Below, in pieces: positions 19,151 to 28,700 of a DNA stretch of 64,000 bases. Origin of the DNA: Patescibacteria group bacterium (GTDB taxonomy: Bacteria > Patescibacteriota > Dojkabacteria > J137); the NCBI GenBank assembly GCA_016861265.1, contig BOLA01000001.1, positions 75,569 to 139,568 of the forward strand. The letters run 5' to 3'. Position numbers and translations under genes: made by a program. How positions within the stretch are numbered: position 1 is the first letter of the stretch; every line of letters begins with the position of its first letter. Below the pieces are notes generated by a model, which did not search any database, was not told where the DNA came from, and saw only the letters and a list, made by a program, of their open reading frames with translations.

Positions 19151-19242
19151 TAAATTTCCTTCTTTCTCTTTTAACACTCATTGGTATTACCTTACCAAGT
19201 TTTGGATTTACCAAATAAGTATTTAGCCTTATCATTTTAGTT

Positions 19243-20070
19243 ATGAATGAATATAAAAAAATTGAGAAAGCTTTAATCTTTATTGCAGAAAACTACAAAA
19301 AGCAACCAACTCTTAGGCAAATTGCAGATTCGGTGGAAATGAATGAATATAACTTTCAGAAGTTATTTACCGCTTGGGCAGGCATAAGCCCAAAGCAGTT
19401 TTTAAGTTTTATAAATATCAATAGTGCTCAGAGGGTAATTAAAAGCGGAGGAAGCCTTATTGATGCCACATATAACGTTGGCCTATCCAGTACAAGTAGA
19501 TTACATGATCTATTTGTAAATATTACTGCAATGACACCGGCAGAATATAAGAATAATGGCGTTAATCTAAGTATTAATTACAGTTTTAATTCGAGCTGCT
19601 TTGGCGAATATTTAATAGCATCCACGAATAAAGGTATCTGCGACATAATTTTCGGAGATAATAAATTAACACTACTAGAATTAAAGAAAAAATGGGAGAA
19701 TGCTACTTTTACTGAACAAAGAAATGCGCAGCATAAACTCGTACACGATTTTATTGAAAATAAAATTAAACTCGGTGAGAAAATAAAGCTACATTTGAAA
19801 GGCACTAATTTTCAGCTTAGTGTATGGAAGGCCTTGTTAATGATTCCAGAAAATCAGCTAACCACATATTCAAATATTGCCAACAAATTGAATTCGAAGG
19901 CATATAGAGCAGTTGGCACCGCAATTGGAAGTAATCCTGTAGCATACATTATTCCATGCCATAGAGTAATAAAATCAACTGGAGAGTTTGGAAATTACAG
20001 ATGGGGAACACAATTAAAAATTGCAATGATTGCACTTGAGAACAAACAGCAAAGGAATATTACAATATGA
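19243..20070 (+). CDS. AraC-HTH / O6-methylguanine-DNA methyltransferase (Ada-like, lacking the N-terminal Zn domain)
   Basis: WAGISPKQFL and SRLHDLFV HTH region; GTNFQLSVWKAL, RAVGTAIGSNP, active-site IPCHRV. Confidence 0.92.
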   Translation: MNEYKKIEKALIFIAENYKKQPTLRQIADSVEMNEYNFQKLFTAWAGISPKQFLSFININSAQRVIKSGGSLIDATYNVGLSSTSRLHDLFVNITAMTPAEYKNNGVNLSINYSFNSSCFGEYLIASTNKGICDIIFGDNKLTLLELKKKWENATFTEQRNAQHKLVHDFIENKIKLGEKIKLHLKGTNFQLSVWKALLMIPENQLTTYSNIANKLNSKAYRAVGTAIGSNPVAYIIPCHRVIKSTGEFGNYRWGTQLKIAMIALENKQQRNITI

Positions 20071-20247
20071 AGCAGTAAGAAGAGTAAAGTGTTTTATTTT
20101 TTACTAACGAAGTAATCTTTGAAGATTATTGTTAATATTCCTTTGATCAACTTGAATTTAGTATCTACCTTTTCTATTAATACTTAATAAAGGTATTGTA
20201 AATGTTTGGTAAATACTCGGGAATTTAGTTTTAAATGTGAATAATCA

Positions 20248-21090
20248 CTACGATATATTCTTAGCTTTTAAACTTATTAGTATGGAATCTAATTTTTCGA
20301 GTGTTGACTCACTTGTTATTGTAGGTGTGATTCCAAATTTATATGCATTTGCTGTATAAGGAGTATTCGTACCATCTTTAATTGTAAAACTTAGTTCATC
20401 TAATTTTATAATTTGAGCATCTATTCCACACGCTGTATTAAAGTAGCTTGAGAAATCTTTTGCATAGTACAGAACATTATTCACTCTCCTAAATCTGTGG
20501 TTAAGTGTATTTATATCCACGTACTCTGCATTCTTAAGATTAACAACAGTAGTTGTTCCAATTTCGAGTGCTTCAGTTTCTGTCTTAATAGACTGTACAT
20601 AATTTGCTTGTGTATCTTGAAATTCAGCTAACGATAAACACCCGCCTGCACCACCAATTCCATCAATCCCTTTTAAGGTAAACACAATGGAGTTATTTTC
20701 GTCGGTTATTTCTAGACCTGTTAATCCGCTAAATGAAACTTCTCCGGTATCTGCAAAGGCACTCATTCCGTTTTTATCCGAATATTCTTTTATATTCCAA
20801 CCTCCAGGCAAGTTGGCAATTACAAATTTGCCAACAAAAGTTGATGTGGTAGATTCATTCATTTCTTCATCAGATTCAGTATTATTCGTAGTATTAGTTG
20901 AGTTTGTAGTTGTATTTACAATTTCTTCAGTAACTGTCTGATTATTACTTGTAGTAGATACTTCTTGTTTGTAAGTAAAGAGTCCCAAAAATCCTAGAAC
21001 CGATAGTACCAACCCGCATAAAATACACACAAATACGATTCCGATAATAACTAATATTAATTTCTTATTACTCTTTTGTGTTTTTTCCAT
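20248..21090 (-). CDS. Membrane-anchored hypothetical protein
   Basis: Probable start MEKTQKS at 21090 (track starts at 21177); basic N-terminus, TM helix, Thr/Asn linker, extracellular domain with two Cys. Confidence 0.7.
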   Translation of the reverse strand: MEKTQKSNKKLILVIIGIVFVCILCGLVLSVLGFLGLFTYKQEVSTTSNNQTVTEEIVNTTTNSTNTTNNTESDEEMNESTTSTFVGKFVIANLPGGWNIKEYSDKNGMSAFADTGEVSFSGLTGLEITDENNSIVFTLKGIDGIGGAGGCLSLAEFQDTQANYVQSIKTETEALEIGTTTVVNLKNAEYVDINTLNHRFRRVNNVLYYAKDFSSYFNTACGIDAQIIKLDELSFTIKDGTNTPYTANAYKFGITPTITSESTLEKLDSILISLKAKNIS

Positions 21091-21262
21091 AATATATTTA
21101 ATAATTACTAGAGTATAGAACATATAAAGTAAATGTAAAAGAATTTTGGTCACCAACAGCACGTCAGTGACGTTCACGTTTGAATGTTAAGTAAATATTT
21201 TGTAAACTTAAGAGGGTTCGCTACAAAATTCCTCCACATCCATATTTTTTAAATGTCTTCTA

Positions 21263-21880
21263 ATGAGTAATAATTCACAGCTAGACGATGCTAATGAGAT
21301 TATAGATGCACCCAAGGTGGAAATAATATATAAGCAAACAAAGACGCCTATCGTTAGTAAGATTATGAGAGTTGATTTAGTTTTACGAAGTTCGCAAATT
21401 GACGATATTTTAAGCAATAAGTATCCCACAATAATTGCGGGTAGTAATTTAGCTGAGATTGTTAATCAGCAGTATGCAAAAAATTTTCTATCTGATTGGT
21501 TCAGTAATAAAAATTTACCTAATATAATAAGAAACCTAAATAAACTTACAAAGAAGAAGATTGATGATTACTTGATAGATACTACAAATAAACCTGAACT
21601 TAACTCCGAATTTGAGGATATTCTTGAAGGTAGAACAGCAATAAGAAACAGTCTAATTACTAGTTGCATTAGACAGGTTGCTTTAGATCTTGAAGGTGAA
21701 TTAAATTTACCCTTTAATCATTTGCATAGAATTTGTTTTATTCTTGTTCTTGCACCAGGTCAAACCCAAATTCATTTGGGCTCAATTCCAGTACATCACA
21801 ATCAAGCCACACACTCAATGTTAATTGACTTGGTCAGGCAAAGACTGGTTACAGGACTATTAAATGATTACCAATTCTAA
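21263..21880 (+). CDS. Hypothetical protein
   Basis: 205-aa ORF with plausible composition; no family recognised. Confidence 0.6.
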   Translation: MSNNSQLDDANEIIDAPKVEIIYKQTKTPIVSKIMRVDLVLRSSQIDDILSNKYPTIIAGSNLAEIVNQQYAKNFLSDWFSNKNLPNIIRNLNKLTKKKIDDYLIDTTNKPELNSEFEDILEGRTAIRNSLITSCIRQVALDLEGELNLPFNHLHRICFILVLAPGQTQIHLGSIPVHHNQATHSMLIDLVRQRLVTGLLNDYQF

Positions 21881-21908
21881 AACTAAACTATTTTTTTATT
21901 ATTATTCT

Positions 21909-22184
21909 ATGGACAAGTTTTTTGCTATATCTGAACCAACTCGACGCAATATAATTGAAATGCTAGCAAACGGAATTCATTTATCTGCTACACAAATTTA
22001 CGATCATTTTGACGTTAGCCAGTCAGCAATCTCACAACATTTAAAGGTATTAAAGGAAGCCAATATTGTTAAGGTTGAAAAACATGCCCAACATAGAATC
22101 TACACTCTAAATACCGATGCAATAGAAGAAATAGAAACTTGGACAAAGACATTACATCAGTGTACCGAGGAGAAATCAAGATGA
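21909..22184 (+). CDS. ArsR/SmtB-family transcriptional regulator
   Basis: F.AISEPTRRNII, VSQSAISQHLKVLKEANIV, RIY.LN; probable start ATG 21909. Confidence 0.88.
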   Translation: MDKFFAISEPTRRNIIEMLANGIHLSATQIYDHFDVSQSAISQHLKVLKEANIVKVEKHAQHRIYTLNTDAIEEIETWTKTLHQCTEEKSR

Positions 22185-22263
22185 AGTCAAGATCAATAAA
22201 AATAATAGCTCTTTTAGCGTTTATTAATGTAAAATTTATTATTAATTTAGTTTTTGCTTAATT

Positions 22264-22551
22264 ATGTGCAGAAGCATTAGAAATCTATTTAATTTTGATC
22301 CTCCTGCAACCGATCAAGAGATTCACGATGCGGCCTTACAATTTGTAAGAAAACTATCCGGATTTAACTCGCCTTCTGAAAAAAATTCAGATATATTCTA
22401 TAAGTCAGTTGATCAGGTTGCAGTTGCAGCAAGAGAATTATTGGATAATTTAGTGACACAAGCAGAACCTAAGAATAGACAGGTAGAAGCATTAAAGACT
22501 AGGGCAAGAAATGCAAAGCGTTTTGGTAATACCAATTTAGTTATAGTTTAA
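22264..22551 (+). CDS. DUF2277-family protein
   Basis: MCRSIRNLFNFDPPAT..EI..AALQFVRKLSGF signature. Confidence 0.85.
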   Translation: MCRSIRNLFNFDPPATDQEIHDAALQFVRKLSGFNSPSEKNSDIFYKSVDQVAVAARELLDNLVTQAEPKNRQVEALKTRARNAKRFGNTNLVIV

Positions 22552-22553
22552 CT

Positions 22554-22829
22554 ATGGAATGTGAACACTTAAAAAGTAAGAATGCCCAGAATATAATTCA
22601 AAAATCTAACTATGTTAAATTTGAATGCGAAGAATGCAGAAAAATAAACAGTTGGTGGGTTCACTTAAGAATATGTCAGGATTGTGGAAAAATGCTTTGT
22701 TGCGATTCCTCTCCTAACCAACATGCCAGAAAACATTATAAAGATAAAGACCATAAAGTAATAAGTTCAGCGGAAATGGGCGAAAACTGGTTGTACTGCT
22801 ACGAAGACGATAATACAAAAAATTATTAA
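22554..22829 (+). CDS. UBP-type zinc finger protein
   Basis: CEH, CEEC, WVHLRICQDCG..CCDSSPNQHARKH, W.YCYED. Confidence 0.88.
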   Translation: MECEHLKSKNAQNIIQKSNYVKFECEECRKINSWWVHLRICQDCGKMLCCDSSPNQHARKHYKDKDHKVISSAEMGENWLYCYEDDNTKNY

Positions 22830-22836
22830 GATCAAA

Positions 22837-23280
22837 ATGAATAAAATATTACCCGATAAGATCACAAACGATTTCAAAGCAAATAAGATTCTTATTTATG
22901 TATTTTGTTTAATTACCCTAATTACAATTGCCAGAAGTTTAATACATATTTTTGCTATTGATGGTGGTGCACAGAGCATAGCAGGTTTCCCCCTCGAAAC
23001 TTACTCACCGGAAGCAAGTAAAGTAGTGGTATTAATTTTCTCGGTGTGGGGATTATCTCAATTAATCATGGGAATTTTTTATTTAATTGTATTATTAAAA
23101 TATAAAAGCCTTATTCCACTAATGTACCTGTTTTTGTTTTTAGAATATACGGGAAGATTGTTACTTGGAATTTACAAGTCCGCTGAATCTACACATGTTG
23201 TTCCGGGATCGATCGCAAACTACTTAATGATTCCCCTTTCACTAGTTTTGTTTATTCTGTGTCTGAGACATAAATCTTAA
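22837..23280 (+). CDS. Integral membrane hypothetical protein (about four TM segments)
   Basis: Four hydrophobic segments; RSLIH.F..DGGAQSIAG motif. Confidence 0.75.
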   Translation: MNKILPDKITNDFKANKILIYVFCLITLITIARSLIHIFAIDGGAQSIAGFPLETYSPEASKVVVLIFSVWGLSQLIMGIFYLIVLLKYKSLIPLMYLFLFLEYTGRLLLGIYKSAESTHVVPGSIANYLMIPLSLVLFILCLRHKS

Positions 23281-23298
23281 TCTTGAAAGTTAATAAGA

Positions 23299-24129
23299 AT
23301 GGTAAAAAAATTCAAATTCACTAAATCGAAAAATAGACTGACAAAAGCTATAGAAGTATTCGTGCTATATTTTAATTCTCTCGCAAAAAGAGTAAAGCTT
23401 AAAACAAGAGTTTTGCTAATTAGATTAAGTCGTAAATTCAAGAAGTTTATTTATAATTTAAGAATAGATAGAAGATATCAATTTGTAACAGCTTCACTGT
23501 TTATTTTCACCTTCACCCTTATTATATTCATTATAGGTAGTTTAATTACTGATAAACCAATTACACCAGTTGAGGACACTAAAAATATAGATAACCATAT
23601 ACCATCCATTATTACCTACTCTGTTGACACACCATCGGAAACTCCAATTACGACTGCGGAAAATACATTTTCTTGGACAGGCAAGGAAAATGATCCTAAA
23701 TACATTACAATACCCAGCATAAATACTGAAGGTTATATAATTAATGTTGGAATTGATCAAAATGGAGCTATGGCAGTACCACCCAATGTTCACTTAGCTG
23801 GATGGTTTATAGAATCAGTAAGACCTGGACAAAAAGGTTTAAGCATAATAGATGGACATGTTGATGGTACAAGTGTAGGTGGAATATTCAGACATTTAAA
23901 TGAATTAAATGAGGGCGACAGATTTACAATCACTATGGGGGACGAGAAAGTACTAAACTATGTTATTAGGCAAAAGCATACTGTTAAAACAGAAGAAGCC
24001 GCAAACATACTATTCTCAAAAGATAGTGCAATCCAGAGTCAACTCAACCTAATTACCTGTGGAGGTACCTATCTTGAAGATCAAAGAACCTACGATCATA
24101 GGGTGATTGTGGTTGCTGAACTTGAATAA
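23299..24129 (+). CDS. Class F sortase
   Basis: N-terminal TM; AGWF...PG..G..IIDGHVD, LNLITCGG and HRVIV give the His/Cys/Arg triad. Confidence 0.9.
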   Translation: MVKKFKFTKSKNRLTKAIEVFVLYFNSLAKRVKLKTRVLLIRLSRKFKKFIYNLRIDRRYQFVTASLFIFTFTLIIFIIGSLITDKPITPVEDTKNIDNHIPSIITYSVDTPSETPITTAENTFSWTGKENDPKYITIPSINTEGYIINVGIDQNGAMAVPPNVHLAGWFIESVRPGQKGLSIIDGHVDGTSVGGIFRHLNELNEGDRFTITMGDEKVLNYVIRQKHTVKTEEAANILFSKDSAIQSQLNLITCGGTYLEDQRTYDHRVIVVAELE

Positions 24130-24157
24130 AGCCTCGATGCCCAAATTCACCGAGGCT
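24130..24157. terminator. Hairpin directly after the sortase stop
   Basis: AGCCTCG...CGAGGCT inverted repeat; 10 bp with one G.U on the minus strand, followed by TTATT. Confidence 0.5.
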
Positions 24158-24352
24158 ACTATTTGGATAAAATAGCACTGCACCGGTTCCGAGAAAAGCT
24201 TACAGCAACATGGGTGTGTGCATTAGAAACTGTTAGTGCAAGTAAATCTTGCTGGTTCCTGCTTTTTTATCCTGAAAGAACAACAGCTATTTACTAATTT
24301 TAATTTCGTTTTTTAATAGCTATTTAATATAAATTAGAAAAAAGCTATTTAA

Positions 24353-24424
24353 AGTGATTCAAATCACAATACAAGTTTGAAAATTTTCCTGGCAAGGTTA
24401 TTATTATCTGTAACAGAAATCACT
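24353..24424 (+). promoter_or_regulatory. Two CRP-box-like sites upstream of the Crp-family gene
   Basis: AGTGA-N6-TCACA (24353-24368, 9/10 to TGTGA-N6-TCACA) and TGTAA-N6-TCACT (24409-24424, 8/10). Confidence 0.6.
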
Positions 24425-24425
24425 G

Positions 24426-25079
24426 TTGGATAATTCTATTATTTATCTTAAGAACATAAAAGAGATAAACTTTAATATCTACCCGATAAAATACTTTAGA
24501 AGTAAACAGTTAATTTTTACCCCAGGCAAATTACCGGCTAATATTTATTACATAGAAACTGGATATATAAAAGTCTATAGAATAACGAGTAACGGTCTTG
24601 AAATTGTATTTACCATTCTTAAACCTGAATCTTTTATTCCATTATTAATGGTATTAGGTAATTTAAAGAATGATTTTTACTTTGAAGCACTTACCGACTG
24701 CAGAGCCAGGATATTAACATTCGATCAATTTAGACAATTGGTAAAACTTTACCCTCAAATGCATTCATTATTAGTTGAAAGGCTTATAAAGGGTTACTCG
24801 AATTTAGTAGAGAGATTAGAAATGCTTAACACTAACGATGCCTTAACAAGAGTCGCAACAGCTATACTCTATCTTAATAATGTATTCGGGCAAGTTGATG
24901 ACAACAAAATAACATTTCCAGTTAAGTTTTCCCATGAGCTAATTTCAGGATTAGCATTTACTACAAGAGAAACCGCATCCCGAAAGATTGAGGAGCTTAA
25001 TAGTCAAAAGATAATCTCCACAGGTTATAGCAATATGCAAATTAATGACCTTGAAGGATTAAAGAAGATCGCACAATAG
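24426..25079 (+). CDS. Crp/Fnr-family transcriptional regulator
   Basis: cNMP-binding-type barrel (IYYIETGYIKVYR..GLE) and HTH recognition helix TTRETASR; TTG start. Confidence 0.88.
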   Translation: MDNSIIYLKNIKEINFNIYPIKYFRSKQLIFTPGKLPANIYYIETGYIKVYRITSNGLEIVFTILKPESFIPLLMVLGNLKNDFYFEALTDCRARILTFDQFRQLVKLYPQMHSLLVERLIKGYSNLVERLEMLNTNDALTRVATAILYLNNVFGQVDDNKITFPVKFSHELISGLAFTTRETASRKIEELNSQKIISTGYSNMQINDLEGLKKIAQ

Positions 25080-25088
25080 TATTACAAT

Positions 25089-25739
25089 TTATAAATTTGC
25101 AAGTAAATTCTTTACAGTTTCATTGTCTGGGTTTATTTTTAGAATTTCGTTGTAAGCTTCCCTTGCCTTATCTTTTAGTCCGCCATCACGGTAGGCATTC
25201 GCCAATGTAAGTAATAATGATTCTTTATTGTTGGGGCTATTTTCTATGCCTTTTAAATACACTCCATAACCCATTTCAGGTTTCTGTAGAACGTAAATAT
25301 ACAAATTCGCAAGATTAACATAAACATTCAATTGCGATTTATCAAGGTCTATAGATTTTTGATATGAATCTACCGCATTCTGATACTCGGCGTTATCTCT
25401 ATAAATATTACCCAAATTATTGTACAAAACTGCATCGTTTGGATTTAATTCCTTCTCCCTTAAGTACTGCTCTTTGGAACCTTCGAGATCACCAGTTGCA
25501 TATAGTGCTACTGCATAATTTCTAATTGATTTGACATCACTACCCTGGGCCTTATCGGCTAGTGCAGGTAAGTCATTCTTATAAGATTCGATTATTGGGT
25601 TTACATTTGTAGCATTATTAACTACTGGAGCCGCAACTTTATTATTTGAAGCCATATACATTGCAAATCCTATCAGTAGTATTAATACAAGAATTCCCAC
25701 TATTGTAATTAATATTATTTTTGTTTTATTCATATGCAA
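25089..25739 (-). CDS. Membrane-anchored TPR-repeat protein
   Basis: N-terminal TM; LYNNLGNIY...A...YQKSI.LD, YVNLANLY and LTLANAY..G...A..AY TPR motifs. Confidence 0.85.
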   Translation of the reverse strand: MHMNKTKIILITIVGILVLILLIGFAMYMASNNKVAAPVVNNATNVNPIIESYKNDLPALADKAQGSDVKSIRNYAVALYATGDLEGSKEQYLREKELNPNDAVLYNNLGNIYRDNAEYQNAVDSYQKSIDLDKSQLNVYVNLANLYIYVLQKPEMGYGVYLKGIENSPNNKESLLLTLANAYRDGGLKDKAREAYNEILKINPDNETVKNLLANL

Positions 25740-25751
25740 TTATTGTACAGT

Positions 25752-28700
25752 TTAATTACTGAAAATTAAATCATATATATATTCCACGAAAGATCTTGGT
25801 TTAAAGTCAAATGTTAGTGGTGCAGTTGAAACATTGGTATTATAAACGGTGGCAGTTACTTTACCTTGATCTGTTGCAAATTTATTCCTACTTACAAATA
25901 TCTTCCAATAACCATTCTTGTCTGATGTTACAGAACCTAAAATATTATTCTGTTCATCTTTTACTACAACAATTTGATTTGGGATTGAAGTTCCAGAAAT
26001 GCTTACATGACCATTACTTAATATTAATGAACCTTGTCGCGGTGATAGAATTGCTACGACAGGAACATCTACAGTTATTGGCACAGTTCCCTCGTCATCA
26101 CTAAAGTAGCCTTCGTCAACATCTATAATTACAGGTGTGGTAGGAACATTTGGAACTGTAACTGGTACCGTAGGTGTAATTTGTGGTTGTTGAGGTGTTA
26201 TAACAGGTTGCTGAGGTTGTGTTGGTTCTACAGGAACTGGATTTGTTGTAACTGTTGGTGTTGAATAAGCAATAACACCTGCAAAGCTAACTTTAATTGC
26301 GTTCTGATATGTACCTGCAGTACGTACTGGATAATATAGTCCATTTTGTGTAATTGTACCTGCATTTGAATTTGCCATCTCCCAGATAAGACTTACGTTA
26401 GTCATTGATTGATTGAATTGATCGTAAACTACCGCAGTTAACTGTTGATTATTATTCTCGTTGACTGTAAAGCTAGATGGATTAACTACTATTGTGGTCG
26501 GTGTTAGTGCTGCTACAACTATTGTACTAGTAGCAGGAGTTAAAGCGTTACCAGATGCAGTAAATGTAAAGTTTCCCGATGTGGAATCTTTATAGTAAAT
26601 ATTTACACACGATTGACCAGTTTGTATATCTGCAGTATTAATTCCCCATGGTCCTGCAACGATAGTTGCAAATTCACCTGAATTAGAACTGGAATTTAAA
26701 TTAATTGTTCTTGGCAAGTTTGTTACAACTTGATTACCAAATTGATCCTTTAAACATATATTAATTGCTTCTGTAGAATAACCGGCATAGGTAGCAATCG
26801 ATAATGGCGAGATAGTAATTATTGATGCACTATCTGCGACCGCATCTGCATTAAATGTAATTGTTGTTGTAACTCCTTCTACAGATGCCACCACACTTTG
26901 ATTACCTACAGCAGTACCCAATGTCCACACTGTACTAACTTCTCCAGTTAGTTCATCGACGGTATTAGGAACGGCTACCGATCCATTACCGGTTGTAACA
27001 GTAAATACTACTGTTTTATCCAGTGCAGGTCTTCCCTGATTGTCTAGAACAATTACCTTTAAAGGGTCTTGCAATAATTGTCCTGCGACTCCCATTTGAT
27101 TATTTCCCGAAACATAATAAAGAACATAATCAGCATAGGTTACAGTTATTTCATTAGATGTTCCTTCTATTGTGCCATCCTTTAGTGTTATGGCAATAGT
27201 TTCGGCTTTGTACAATGTTGTGGTTAAGGTTGTAGTTGCTTCGCTGTTGGCGAATTCAACACTTGTAGTATATGTTGGAGTATTTCCGCTAACTGGATCC
27301 TGAGTTGGTCCTGAATAAATTAATGTTTTTGTACCAAAGTAATCTGAACTCAAGTTAGCAAATTCATCAATTGTTTTAACGGATACTAAGTTAAAACTAA
27401 CACCGGACTGAACAGTGGATGGAGCTACAATCTGAAAGTTTTTTGTAGCTGCAGCACTTACATTTATAGGCTCTGAAGTACCAGTTAAATTATCTTCAGT
27501 AATTGAAATGCTTAATAAAACACTTTCGGCTTTAACTAGGGTTATTGGAACTGTTGCTGCACCATTAACAAACTCTACAGAAGTGGTTAGCGTTGGATTA
27601 ATATTGTTAAGGCTTATGCTTGCTCCAGAATAATCAAGTAACTTTACGCCACTGTAATCAGGTATTGCGTTCCCCTCTTCATCCAGTACAGACAAGCTTA
27701 ATTGAAATTCCTGACCTGCGACTACATTTGCTGGAGACTGTATAACTAAATTTGTTGGATTCTTTGGTGTTGCGGTAGCCTTAAATATTACGGGTGAACC
27801 ATTCGCACCGATAATTTGCGCCTGAACTTCGTCTGAATCAACTCCTGCAATTGACCCTAATCTAAATGTCTGACTTGCTACTCCATCTGAGTTTGTAATA
27901 GGATTATCAATTGATAAATATCCATCACCTTTAGTAATTACAAAACTTACTGGATAATTGTTCTTTGGATTTCCGAACAAGTCTTTAACAGATACTACCA
28001 ATGGATCAGCTAAGAAAGTATTAATTGTTGCCGTCTGATTATTTCCTGAAACATACTCAATACTACCAACTTCTCCAGGAGCTACATTAATATAAGATGT
28101 TGTTCCAGAAATAGTGCCATCTGAAATTGTTAGTTGGATTGATTCTTTTTTTACCAACTGTGTAGCAAGTGGGGTTACAGAAATACCGTTCTGGAATTCA
28201 ACTGCCGTTGTAAAAGTTGGACTACCCGAAGATGGACCATTTGATGCTCCAGTATATTGCAGTGTCTTTAATCCATTGTAATTTGTGTCTACATTCCCTA
28301 GATTATCATATGCAGTAATCGAATCAATATTAAAATCGACTCCTGCGATTGCACTTGTTGGTGAATTAATCGTGTAATATGCTGCTATGCCTGGATTGAC
28401 GGTAAATTGATTTGATGTTCCACTTAAATCATCAACTTGAACATTTAAGTTTATAGTTTCTGCTTTTACTAAAATTGTATTTAATGCGGTGGTAGAAACC
28501 CCATTGGTGAAATTAACACCTGTTGTAAATACTGGCAGAGTTCCAGTTGGACCATTTGATGCTCCGGAATAGCTCACTAATTTATTACCGTTAAAGCTTG
28601 TGTCTACATTATTAAATTCATCTAGGGCAGTAATTGAAATAATATCAAATTGCTGACCTGCAGTTACTGTATTTGGAACATTAACGCTCAAATGAGTTGC

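Noticed and set aside
21161-21173. Palindrome ACGTCA-G-TGACGT between divergent genes
   Set aside because: A single 6-bp-arm palindrome can arise by chance in 64 kb, and I saw no second copy.
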